Below, in pieces: positions 1 to 9,280 of a stretch of DNA of 15,020 nt. Source of the stretch: Paraspadella gotoi (taxonomy: Eukaryota > Animalia > Chaetognatha); contig JBJCIZ010001164.1 in the NCBI GenBank assembly GCA_051294375.1, forward strand, positions 1 to 15,020. The letters are read 5' to 3'. Both the position numbers and the translations under genes were made by a program. The notes under the pieces are model-generated. The model was not told the origin of the DNA, did no database searches, and saw only the letters and a program-made list of their open reading frames with translations. The first letter of the stretch is position 1. Each line of letters starts with the position of its first letter.

Positions 1-110
1 TGTCGGGCATTCACTTATATCATGTAAGAACATCGAATTAGGATAAATTATGCCAAAAAAAAAAAACGATGTCCGTCCGTCCGTCTGTCCGTCCATCCCA
101 CCTTAGCAAA
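1..110 (+). repeat. Dispersed repeat fragment with (GTCC/GTCT)n microsatellite, DINE-1/HINE-like; second copy at 8111-8228
   Basis: TGTCGGGCATTCACTTATA...GTCCGTCCGTCCGTCTGTCCGTCCATCCCACCTTAGCAAA recurs at 8111-8228 with mostly small indels. GTCY microsatellites are typical of DINE-1/HINE elements. Confidence 0.8.
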
Positions 111-135
111 NNNNNNNNNNNNNNNNNNNNNNNNN
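111..135. other. Assembly gap (25 N)
   Basis: Run of exactly 25 N. Confidence 0.99.
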
Positions 136-2212
136 TATAGATAGACGAGTCCGATCGTTTCAACGTTAATTCGGAAATTTCATAAAATAAGTTTTCGAAT
201 ATCCTGTTCAACGTGTGCCGTAACCCGTCTCCCCGGATCAAGATCTCTACGGGTTGTTGGCTTTCGTAATTAAATCAGGTCGGCGTCTTCGATCTGTTCG
301 ACGTCGCTTTCTTCGGCCCCGTCTGTGGATGTGCCAACGGCGGAAAATAACGCTAAACGAATTTTTAAACTGAAACTTGATAGATTTTTGCTTATTTGTT
401 CCCGATGTATAATATTACTAAAAAGAGGTTGGCTCTGTTGAGCAGTTCGACAAATCGGCCGACTCTTCGCGATGAACAGAATCTATATGATTGAATTATT
501 TTACCTAATGATTTTTTGATATGAACTTAAAATAAAATCTACATTTTCTTGTGAATAAAACCGATAAAGACTTTCGTATTCGTCCTCTTTACGAGTAGAC
601 TAATTTTTTTTTAAATTTGTGTTAGTAAAATCTTACGGGTTACAATTTCTTCTTCCTCCCAATCGTCGGACTCTTCTCTGAGGTTCCGAGGTCCCTTCGT
701 CGACGTCGGTTCCTCTTCGACGGGGTGGGTGTTCGTTGTTGGGTGGCGTGGAATCCAGGTTCGTGGGACTCGTCTTCGATGTAGCATCGCTGCGTTGGGG
801 CGGGTCCCTGCGTTGGTGGAGTCGATGTTCTCGGGATTCGCTTCGGTGGAAGGGGGGGTTGGGGTGGGTTGACCTCGTGTCGAACTTTCTCCGTTCCTCT
901 TTGCGAAGAATGGATCCACGAATCGATGGGGCGCTGAATCCAAAAGTCGCGGTGAACGATACGTGATCGAAGGCATGGTGGGTCGTTGATTCTTTAAAAA
1001 CGATACGATGTCGGAGAGTTCAAGCGTTTTCACGAGAAGTTTCTAACTTTTTTTGTTTTTTAATTTCGAGTGGTCCGTGATTACGTGTTTAAAGTACAGT
1101 GGTAAATGTTTGTGTGTTAGAAAAAATTTACATGATCCGCAATTTGGGTTCTGATAATTACGAATTTGTGATATTAGTAATTTTTTTTCGTTTTCGTTTT
1201 TCCGTTTCCATGATTTAGTTGTCAGGGGGGGGTTGTGGGGGGTAAGGGGGGCGTTAGTAATATCCATGATGATCGCTTCGTTCGCCGCAATATCCTGACG
1301 GTCTCCTTCGCTCGGTGGTGGAGTTGGTGAGTTCATCATCACATCTTCTTCTGCGGGTGGAGCGGGTCGAAAAAATAATCGTTTATGTACATTTCTTCGT
1401 AGGTAAATGGGTAGCTTCGAGGAATTCGGCGTTAAAAAGTCATTTCCATGTTTAGTAGAAAACATTCGTAACAGGCGCAATTAAGTTCTTGTTGGCATAA
1501 TTATCTTTGTCCATTTTTTTAAATAGGTCGTCGATGAGTTGCTGTATGAAATCTGGGGGTCTTCCGCTTCCGGATTCATCGAATCGTGATGGACGACGTT
1601 GTCGGTTTGTGAAGAACGGCGTCGTGAAACTCGTTGTTGGGTGACGGTGACGGGGGGTACGGTGTCAGGATCGGTATCGTAGAAAAATCAGGAATATTTT
1701 CGAAGCGAAAATACGAATCTACTTTATCGGCGCTCGATCGGGTGGAATTTTTTTCGGTGGGAACTGATAAGTCCAGGGGGGCGCGTTGTCGCGGTCCTTG
1801 CGACAATTCTCTGAGATGTTCTCCGGCGGTTTGTAAAACGGCTTTGGTAACGCTTGACGGTTCGGGAGTAGAATTTTTTATTTCGATTTGTTTTCGCAAA
1901 AAGATTTAAAGGAACGAAATGAGTTGTTCCTGTTGCGCGCGGATGGTGTGGCAATTTTCACAGTGTTTGGCAATTTCGTTCTTGCCCCATAACAAAATTT
2001 ATTTTGTCTTTTAACTTGCTTGAGCGGAAAATCAATTTGTTCGCTTCACTTTGTATATGGTTAGAGACTTGCTCGAAAAAAAGTTTCGTCTGTTTTCGCT
2101 TCGTTCTTCTTCGAAGAAATTAACGGAGAAATGAGGACTCGCAGCATGGTGCCGAAATGGGGAGAATGACGTCGACTCGTTTTCCGCTCGCAATCGAAAA
2201 CGCGATCGTCAT
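136..2212 (-). pseudogene. Frameshifted long ORF, probably the N-terminal region of a Maverick/Polinton (adintovirus-like) protein-primed DNA polymerase B; truncated by the gap
   Basis: ORFs 1043..1480 and 611..1033 share a frame and are separated by one TAG. Neighbouring segments join with small indels: FFEQVSNHIQSEANKLIFRSSKLKDKINFVM / KNEIAKHCENCHTIRAQQEQLISFL / LRKQIEIK...RAPLDLSVP... / DESGSGRPPDFIQQLIDDLFKKMDKDNY / ...CGSCKFFLTHKHLPLYFKHVITDH... / FSLKIRLA(VIFRR)... / NYESQQPVEILIRGDGLRHTLNRIFENLFYEISELTLKRS(G)LVYL. By eye the last part resembles the segment ending in the GSGW motif ahead of the Polinton pPolB core. No catalytic polymerase motifs are in the window. Confidence 0.5.
1070..1141 (-). 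other. C2H2-type zinc finger coding segment (C-x2-C-x14-H-x4-H)
   Basis: CGSCKFFLTHKHLPLYFKHVITDH within ORF 1043..1480. Confidence 0.55.
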
Positions 2213-2280
2213 GGTTCAGATGGCACGCACGACCGCCGCGTTTACGGAAAACATTGACAGATGTTTTGAGTTTGCGGTAG

Positions 2281-2322
<42 letters not shown>

Positions 2323-2496
2323 AAACGTTATGTCTCCGCCTCTCTCTTCTCTCTCTCTCTTCTCCCTCTCTCTCTCTCTCTCTTAACGTTTTTTATGGTC
2401 TCTCTCTCTCTCTCCTCTCTCTTTCTCTCTCTCTCTCTTTCTCCTCTCTTCTAACTATTTGTCTCTCTCCTCTCTCTCTCTTCTCTCTCTCTCTCT
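2281..2496. repeat. Interrupted (CT)n microsatellite cluster
   Basis: Several CT runs separated by short spacers; TTAA(A)CGTT occurs twice. Confidence 0.97.
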
Positions 2497-2735
2497 ACTT
2501 TTTTCGGTGGTTTTTTCATTCTTTGCCTTCTTTATCATAAATGCACTAAGACCCTAGAGCTCCTTCAGCGAAATGTATTTTCTTCCTGTCAAACTGATAA
2601 GTTTTCTTCCATTGGTTTCGCTTTTCACTTTCACTTTTCACTTCTTCACCTTTCTCGCATTCTCACTTTTTTTTTCGCTGCCCGTTTTTATCCGACTTCA
2701 AAAGTTTTTTCTCACTTTTCTCTTTCTTGCGCTGC

Positions 2736-2772
2736 GCTCTCTCTCTCTCTCTCTCTCTACTCTCTCTCTCTC
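2736..2772. repeat. (CT)n microsatellite
   Basis: Direct inspection. Confidence 0.95.
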
Positions 2773-3158
2773 AATAACAACCGAAGATGATTGGCTCATG
2801 ATCACGATATACTGCTTCACGCGTCGCCGTCGCCTCGTCCAGTCATCCCGATGACTATTACTATTATTGCGGGGTTCTATACCGAGCCGCCGGCCGTCAC
2901 AGCTTCAAACGTATGAGGATGACGCCGCCGCCTTCCACCTTTGCTTTTTCTACCGTCGCCGCCGACGACCCCGCCAATCGATTGGAACAATTTTTTTTCG
3001 GCGGGTATTTCAATTGGCCGCGGCGCGAAGGCCGGACGCTTCTCGGGGAACTCACGGTTATGGATCGCTACGACGCCGCGCGATCGAAACGCAAACCCAC
3101 GCACTGGTGACGACGACGACTGACGACGACGTACGATTCGTCGCTCGCATCGTGAGTA

Positions 3159-4140
3159 TCACGCCGACGACGAGCGCCGTTGCCGTGGCCGCGATCGTCG
3201 AGCGCCGCGTCGACGACAACTAATGCCGCCGCCGACGACGACTTTGATGCCGCGCCGTATCGACGACTTGATACCGCGCCGCCCTGACGACGACGACCGC
3301 TGTGTGTCATTCTCGCCGGCCGTTCGAATGCCCGTTTCGGCGACGATGATGACGACGCATTGTAGATGACGACTGATTTTCAGCGAATGAGACTGATCGA
3401 ACGACCGGGGCATCATCTGTCGATGGAACCTGAGGTAAAAAGAATATGCGGTCTTCGCGTCTTTTAGGGCCAATCGTTATATCCGAAAAAAACTTTTTTC
3501 AGTCGTCGGTGGGCAGATGGCGATGCTTCGAAAGCTGGCGCGCAGGGGGACGAATTCGGTGGATGACGAGGTAATCGCATGCTAATAGCCAATTTTCTCT
3601 TTCGCTTCAAATTGATTAGTTTTTTAATTTTTTTTACAGCTGGCTGATAATTCCTCCGTTTAGCTTCGCGAGTTATGGCCGGGGCCACGTCACTTGTCTG
3701 CGATTGATCGCCTAGGTTTATTCTACGTCATTCATCGAGCTGAAAGCGACTGTTGGACGTCGTCCGGCCGGAGACGCCCGAGCCCTCCTCCCCTCGAGAG
3801 AGTGTCTCGAGATGCACTATTTGCTGCCCACGGAACGCGAAAGGAAGCAGATCGATCGAAGCGAGACTCTCCCGGCGTCTCGAGTACGACGATTGCCCCC
3901 GACGCACGCGATTCTCCTTAACGTCGATCTAACGCCCGAATTTCGCGTCAGCCTTTGCGGCGTTCATAATACGCGCCCGAGTGTCTTTCGTTCATCGGGC
4001 TCAAGCTTCACGGCCCCGGCCGGTGCCGGAGGAAAACATTTATGGAGGTATTAGAAAGGCGTTGTGGAAAGCGAGGAGGATCTCGCTTAGTTGGGGACGG
4101 ATGGTGGGCGATGATGAATCTGGTGGGGGGATCGCCTATT
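3159..4140 (-). pseudogene. Possible frameshifted ORF of unknown function with basic K/R-rich segments and an Arg/Ser-rich end
   Basis: Coding-like fragments in shifting frames, e.g. RARIMNAAKADAKFG, SLASIDLLPFAFRGQQIVHLETLSRGEEGSG, AVKKIKKLINLKRKRKL, KKFFSDITIGPKRREDRIFFLPQVP, RRGIKSSIRRGIK. No recognisable domain. Confidence 0.3.
3211..3281. repeat. Three imperfect ~24-25-bp tandem units (CGACGAC..TTGATGCCGCGCCG) in a GAC/GCC-rich tract
   Basis: Units start at about 3211, 3236 and 3261. Confidence 0.7.
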
Positions 4141-4146
4141 TGACCC

Positions 4147-4192
4147 TTCTCTCTCTCTCGCTTTCCCACTTACGAGGCGTGGATTGATCTTA

Positions 4193-4226
<34 letters not shown>

Positions 4227-4246
4227 ATCTCTCTCGGTCTTTCCCG

Positions 4247-4287
<41 letters not shown>

Positions 4288-4307
4288 CACTCTCTCTCTC
4301 TCTTCTC
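4147..4307. repeat. Interrupted (CT)n microsatellite cluster
   Basis: Direct inspection. Confidence 0.95.
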
Positions 4308-4545
4308 GTGTCGATAATAAATTTTAAATTTTTTTGGCACGAGTTTCGAACCACTTTCCCCGTTTGAACGATTGAATCTTGTTAAAAACGAAGAAACTAA
4401 AATTCGAAAATTCTAAAAATGGCTATCTAAAAAAATATTATTTGAAACGACTTGCCGAATCCAGTGACGATCGCGTACAGTAATCAATAGTCATATTTAA
4501 AATTGAAAATAGATTTTTAAAAATATTGTGTTTTTAACTTTAAAG

Positions 4546-4695
4546 CTATCCACTATCGAATGACGCGGAAGGCTGTTTCAAGCTCAGCCATCCTGGCACG
4601 AGACGGAGATTATACTCGTAGTAGTTGTAGCCATTATGATTATTGTGTCTGTCATTGTTTATTATTGATGTGCATGCCAAAAATAAACTGCGTAG
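4546..4695 (+). CDS. Candidate host exon encoding a transmembrane helix of a single-pass membrane protein (frameshifted)
   Basis: Acceptor tttttaactttaaAG ends at 4545 and donor GTtagt starts at 4696. 4609-4659 reads IILVVVVAIMIIVSVIV, continuing LLMCMPKINCV after one indel. There is an in-frame TGA at 4561. Confidence 0.4.
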
Positions 4696-5091
4696 GTTAG
4701 TTTCTAGATTATTTCCTACTGTTCCTAACAATGTTCGTAGTTAGTCTCGCTTCCTTTTGATAGATTGTAGAAACCTATGTACTTGCAACAATAACAAAAT
4801 TATTTGCCAATGAATAATTCTATTGCTGCTAGTTAACTTTGCCTGGAATTAAGATTATCTGGGGAACCCGCAATCACGAAAGTTTGTTTATGGGCACGCC
4901 CCGTTCCATCAGAGTGGCAGAAGCTAAAACATTGCCTCTGCGGTATGAGCTGTCAACGATCGTGACGCAGTTTTTGGAAGGAATATGCAGCGGCGCCCCA
5001 GCAGTTTAGCCCGTAAAAAACGCAGGAACATCGATGCGTTTCTAGATGTTATGTTCGCGCCTGGAATTTGGAACAGACGCCCGCGTATATT

Positions 5092-5128
5092 CTGTCTGTC
5101 TCTCTCTCTCTCTCTCTTCTCATCTCTC

Positions 5129-5165
<37 letters not shown>
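5092..5165. repeat. (CT)n microsatellite
   Basis: Direct inspection. Confidence 0.95.
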
Positions 5166-5169
<4 letters not shown>

Positions 5170-6097
5170 CCTGAAATGTTCTGTTCGCGCAGGCGCGGTT
5201 GAATCGCGGCAATCATTTATCTCGCGCGCGCGTTTGCACAGGTCGATTCGTGATTTGCATTGTGACCGACGCGCCTCTCGGTGCTCCCTAATGCCACCTA
5301 CTCATGCGGTGATGAATATAAAAAACTATGACAATACTAGTTGGATGAAAATACGTTGATGAACTAATTTAAATATCTCCTGTAATATAACGAGAAATTT
5401 TATTAATGCCTAATATTCGACTTTGCCTTTAAAAATAAGTCATTAATATGGGTTGCTCCATGTAAGTTTCTGCCGTCAATTGTACATCCTAGAAAGCTAA
5501 CTATACTGTTGTCACAAACAGGGATCTCTCAGAATAAAAAAGTTGTACATCCCATAGTTTTTAAAGACAGGACATCTTTGTAACTAGGATACATTTAATT
5601 TTGCTTGGGCATAGTCCTAAAAACACGTGTTTGCCACCATTCCTTCCAGACGAGAAGGGTTGCTTGTAGAGATCTACACGCTGCATCTTAAGCTTTCGTT
5701 GAGACTGACCAGCGCAGAAGAGCTCATCGGCGCATATTGTGAGGCATTATCTATGACCTTTGTCTTAGGTCGAATTGTTAGTGCGTGGTTGGTGCATGAA
5801 TAATCATTTTGTATTAGCAAGTGGTTTTTATTATAGGAAGATCCTCTATTATAGAACGCAAATAGTTTCTGGACTTAGCGACTGCTCCTTGTGGTGAGCC
5901 ACACAGAATTGTCAATCAAATCAGAACTTTTCTCCTAGTGAAACAACACCGAAATTTTCTATTTGTCAAAAATGAGCAAATTATTTTTAACATGCCATAT
6001 GTGTAGTTTAACTATTGGATTAATTTGTGCTATATGAGACCTTGTAGCCAAATGTTGTCAAAAGCTTTTTGCATAGTCTAGCGCTTGACAAGGAGAA

Positions 6098-6115
6098 AAA
6101 GAGAGAGAGAGAGAG
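6098..6115. repeat. Short (GA)n microsatellite
   Basis: Direct inspection. Confidence 0.85.
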
Positions 6116-6320
6116 CGACATATAATTTAAAAACGTTTTCTGCTTTGTAAATAAACATAAACAGAATACCAATATTGAATATGAAACATGCAGAATTGTT
6201 TAAAAGATCTGATGATAAAGAAGCCATATATGAAAATTCAACTCCTATGATATCACACTTTCAGAAGCCCATGCTGATGCCCAAAAAAGCGAGACGAAAG
6301 CTAAACCGAAAAAAAAAAAT

Positions 6321-6350
6321 CTAGACAGGACGGGCTTTGCCCCCGCCTGG
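6321..6350 (-). mobile_element. Possible Helitron-type 3' terminus (GC hairpin followed by CTAG)
   Basis: Minus strand reads CAGGCGGGGGCAAAGCCCGTCCTG-T-CTAG. The hairpin is imperfect and the base after CTAG is A rather than the canonical T. Confidence 0.3.
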
Positions 6351-6425
6351 CTCGATAATAGAGGATATTTGTTTGTTTTGAATAAAATCCGTAAACAAAA
6401 CATTTAAATAACTGCTCCTGACTCA

Positions 6426-6604
6426 ATTTTTAAGGACATCGATGATGACAAGCTTTGAATATAAATTATAATTAATCTATAATTAATTAATTAATTATAA
6501 TCTATAATTAATTAATTAATCTATTAGATTAGATTAATTAATTAATCAATAATTAATTAATTATCGCTAGGCCAGATCCGACATTGTTTGCTCAAACTTG
6601 TTTT
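6426..6604 (+). mobile_element. DINE-1/HINE-like non-autonomous Helentron 3' fragment, copy A
   Basis: AAGGACATCGATG..., then a (TAAT)n array, then GCTAGGCCAGATCCGACATTGTTTGCTCAAACTTGTTTT. Homologous to 9545-9684 (direct) and 7277-7375 (inverted). The CTTGTTTT end resembles the DINE-1 3' end. Confidence 0.6.
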
Positions 6605-7276
6605 ATACTGAATTAGAAAAAAATGCTAATAGAGCAGACATTTTTAAATCAAATTTGAAACGTTTTTAAACTTTAACCCTTAAAATTCTTTACTAACTGG
6701 AACGCGTTTATCAAAATGCTCTCTCTATTACATTTTTACAAATGTTTTTAAGATTGTTCATCAAATTTTTAAATCAATATTATTGCAGTCGTTTAGGCCA
6801 TGCCAAACTCTCACTATTCAGTGTAGATTCATTGTAGCTCGAATTTACTTTACCTTTCATTTAACTGAAGATTTTTAATGACTGCTAAAACCAACTAGAG
6901 AAACAAGATTAATTGTTTTAATCCTTCCTTCTAAATTTGCCTTTACCGCTGTTTTAATTGCTTACCTAAAAATTTTTAACAACCAGATGAAAAAACAAAT
7001 CTATAGAAAATGTGTTTGTCTATTTACCGATTAAAAAAAATTAAAACAGAATTTTTTACATATAAATAAAAAAACTTTTTTTTTTCTTGGTTGATTACTT
7101 GCGTGATTTTATAATGTATTTCTCGATATATTAGCTCTTTAAACATCAATGATTATGCTCATTGTTAAGTTTGAATGACCTCCTCTAACCGCGATTCTTT
7201 TTTAGTCCTACCACCGAAGTTATGTATCTTTCCATCTTTTCTAATAGCTATAATAGTTACTTTTAATAAACCAAAT

Positions 7277-7375
7277 AAAAACAAGTTTGAGCAACACATG
7301 TCGTAACTGCCTACGAAAATTAATTAATTTAATTAAATCGATTAATTTAATTAATTCAAATAATCACTGATGTTT
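7277..7375 (-). mobile_element. DINE-1/HINE-like 3' fragment, copy C (inverted)
   Basis: AAAACAAGTTTGAGCAACACATGTCGTAACTGCCTACGAAAATTAATTAA... is the reverse complement of the copy A end and contains a small TCGTA/TACGA stem-loop. Confidence 0.6.
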
Positions 7376-8084
7376 TCTCTTTCTGATATAGGTTTTTATT
7401 TCCTCTTGCTTTTTAACAAAAAAGCCTACTAAAAAGGAATGCCCACATTACTTGAATTTGCTCTGCGCCGTTTTTAGAGCCTTAATTATGTTAATTACTA
7501 CTAATTTATGTTACATGTTATACTATTAAGAAGGCTCCATTAAGTATATAGAAATTAACTCCTTGACTTCTAAATGCGGTGAAATTCAAGTCAATTCAAT
7601 CTCATCAGCCCGAGTCCGCATTAGGAGGCTATACCAAAACCAAACAATATGCATAATAATTAGACTCTTCTCTAACTGAAACGGAAAATCTTAAAGTGAG
7701 CAAATGAAGAACTCCATAGAAATATAACTAGCGACCATCTATTACTATCCTATGGCCAACTGAACTGATTATTCGGGCTTGGAAAATATTCCACATCTAA
7801 TTCCCGTCAAACTGTGCACTCAGTAGTGGGACGTTTTTAAAGCGGGAGAAGGCCCTTATTGACTTTCAACCAAAATTGGACCCCAATCTTTCAGAAGCGT
7901 TTATGAAGAGCAGATGTCATTCTTTTAAGCTGCCCGTGTCACATAGTGGTTTTTGCCAATTGTTCTTGTCGTATTGCCCTTTAATAGTTTAGAACAAGCT
8001 CTGGTTATGTTAAGTATTCTTCAATTAAAATTTTAGTCGGCTCTGCTTATATCAGCAGATCGTCGACTCTATAATTCACTAAGA

Positions 8085-8515
8085 CGGTCCGGTCGGCCGC
8101 CCCTCAATTTTGTCGGGCATTCACTTATACATGCCTAAGAACATCGAAATTAGGATAAAATTATGGCCAAAAAAAAAAAAACGATGATCCGTCCGTCCGG
8201 TCTGCTCGTCCATCCCACCTCTAGCAAAAAACTCTATTAATCATTTATGTTTAATTAATTAGTCAATAATTAATTAATCAGTCAATCAATTAATTATTAT
8301 ATCAATCAATTTATTATCTATTAATTAATATTCAATCAATCGATTTATTTATCAATTAATTAATTATTTAATCAATCAAGCAATCAAGTCAATCGTTATC
8401 GGCATTATTGTCGTCGTCGCCATCATCGTCGTTGCTTTTGTCATGGTAAGTGACGAAAAACAAACATTTTGGATCAAATTAATTAGTTTATTAATTTATT
8501 AATTAATTACCGCTA
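8085..8515 (+). mobile_element. DINE-1/HINE-like fragment: conserved block, GTCC microsatellite, then TAAT/CAAT array
   Basis: 8111-8228 matches 1-110 and is followed by an (A/C)ATTAAT-rich array at ~8235-8395. AATTAATTACCGCTA at ~8501-8515 resembles AATTAATTATCGCTA of copy A. Confidence 0.5.
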
Positions 8516-8738
8516 ATGATCGTGCGAGTGGAAATGAGTTTCAATGGAAAAAACAAAAGTCATATTTACTTGAAGAATTTTTACTTATATTTACTCATAA
8601 TTGAATAAAAATTGGATAGATAAATGAAAATGAAATTTTGTGTGTGGGTAGGAAACTATGAGATTAAGCTGGATATAAGTTTTTGATGGAATCGTAGGAG
8701 TGGAAAAGAGTTTAAAACAAAAAACCAAAAGGCACATT

Positions 8739-8914
8739 TATGTCAATTGTCCTAATTTTGTCAGTGGACCAAATTAAGCAAGTTAACCAAATTATGCCAG
8801 TTGACCAAATTATGCCAGTTGACCAAATTATGCCAGTTGACCAAATTATGTCACTTGACCAAATTACATCAATTGACCATATTATACCAATTGTCCAAAT
8901 TATGCCTGTTTACC
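8739..8914. repeat. 18-bp minisatellite, about 10 units, consensus TATGCCAGTTGACCAAAT
   Basis: Three perfect units at 8793-8846 with degenerate units on both sides; period is exactly 18 throughout. Confidence 0.97.
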
Positions 8915-8953
8915 TGTTTTCTCCATCCATTCCTTACCTTCATTCTCTCCGCT

Positions 8954-8978
8954 NNNNNNNNNNNNNNNNNNNNNNNNN
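8954..8978. other. Assembly gap (25 N)
   Basis: Run of exactly 25 N. Confidence 0.99.
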
Positions 8979-9012
8979 TCGCCCTACGCGTGTAAAGCCT
9001 GCCCGATCCGAC

Positions 9013-9175
9013 CTCTTGCCAACTCGAGGGAAGCGGAGAATTCGATATTCCACTGCGTTGATGTCGTCCATCGTTTTCAGGCAATTATCTAAACCAAAAT
9101 CTAGAGACCCTATGCTATCTTATGAATCCGTCCGTGGTTAATAATCTGAACCGAACTGCCACCAAACACCAGCGC
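9013..9175 (+). repeat. Direct repeat copy 1 (partner at 14886-15020), upstream of the hairpin array and twister
   Basis: GCCAACTCGAGGG..GGAGAATTCGATATTCCAC.GCGTT.GATGTCGTCCATCGTTTT..GGCAATTATCTAAAC.AAATCTA is shared for ~90 bp; weaker gapped similarity continues to CAGCG(G)C. Confidence 0.85.
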
Positions 9176-9196
9176 TATCCTTCGCACAATTTCAAG

Positions 9197-9279
9197 CGAG
9201 CCATTGACGTGCTCGGAGGCACCAGTCATTCGCCTCCCGACCCAAAGGGTCGGGGTTTTCTAGCCCCGGTGGCCACACG
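9197..9279 (+). other. Array of abutting GC-rich hairpins upstream of the twister
   Basis: CGAGC/GCTCG (9197-9215), GGAGGC/GCCTCC (9215-9237), CCCGACCC-AAA-GGGTCGGG (9236-9254), GGGGT/GCCCC (9252-9267), GTGGCCAC palindrome. Confidence 0.55.
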
Positions 9280-9280
9280 C

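Larger units (their letters stand above)
136..4310 (-). mobile_element. Putative Maverick/Polinton-like element fragment (boundaries uncertain)
   Basis: Block rich in GC and CpG with apparently intronless minus-strand ORF remnants, including the pPolB-like one. Composition switches abruptly to AT-rich after the last (CT)n tract at ~4310. No TIR partner or TSD is visible. Confidence 0.3.

Noticed and set aside
38-135. C-terminal part of ORF 38..241 (WDGRTDGRTD)
   Set aside because: It spans the N gap and translates the GTCC microsatellite; only the part right of the gap is considered coding.
736-1909. Plus-strand ORFs 736..966 and 1634..1909
   Set aside because: Antisense shadows of the minus-strand coding region.
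2573-3223. Plus-strand ORFs 2573..2854, 2867..3223, 2913..3110 and 2941..3123
   Set aside because: Open because of low-complexity CT/T-rich and GAC/GCC repeats; several overlapping frames are equally open.
4985-5359. 124-aa ORF with SLSL run
   Set aside because: Read-through of a (CT)n microsatellite.
8739-8914. CRISPR array
   Set aside because: Contiguous 18-bp units with no unique spacers, no cas genes, and a eukaryotic context.
8979-9090. CCHC zinc knuckle of a non-LTR ORF2 C-terminus (C..CQLEGKENSIFHAL..C)
   Set aside because: It needs several assumed indels, the last Cys is absent in both copies, and no RT sequence is nearby.
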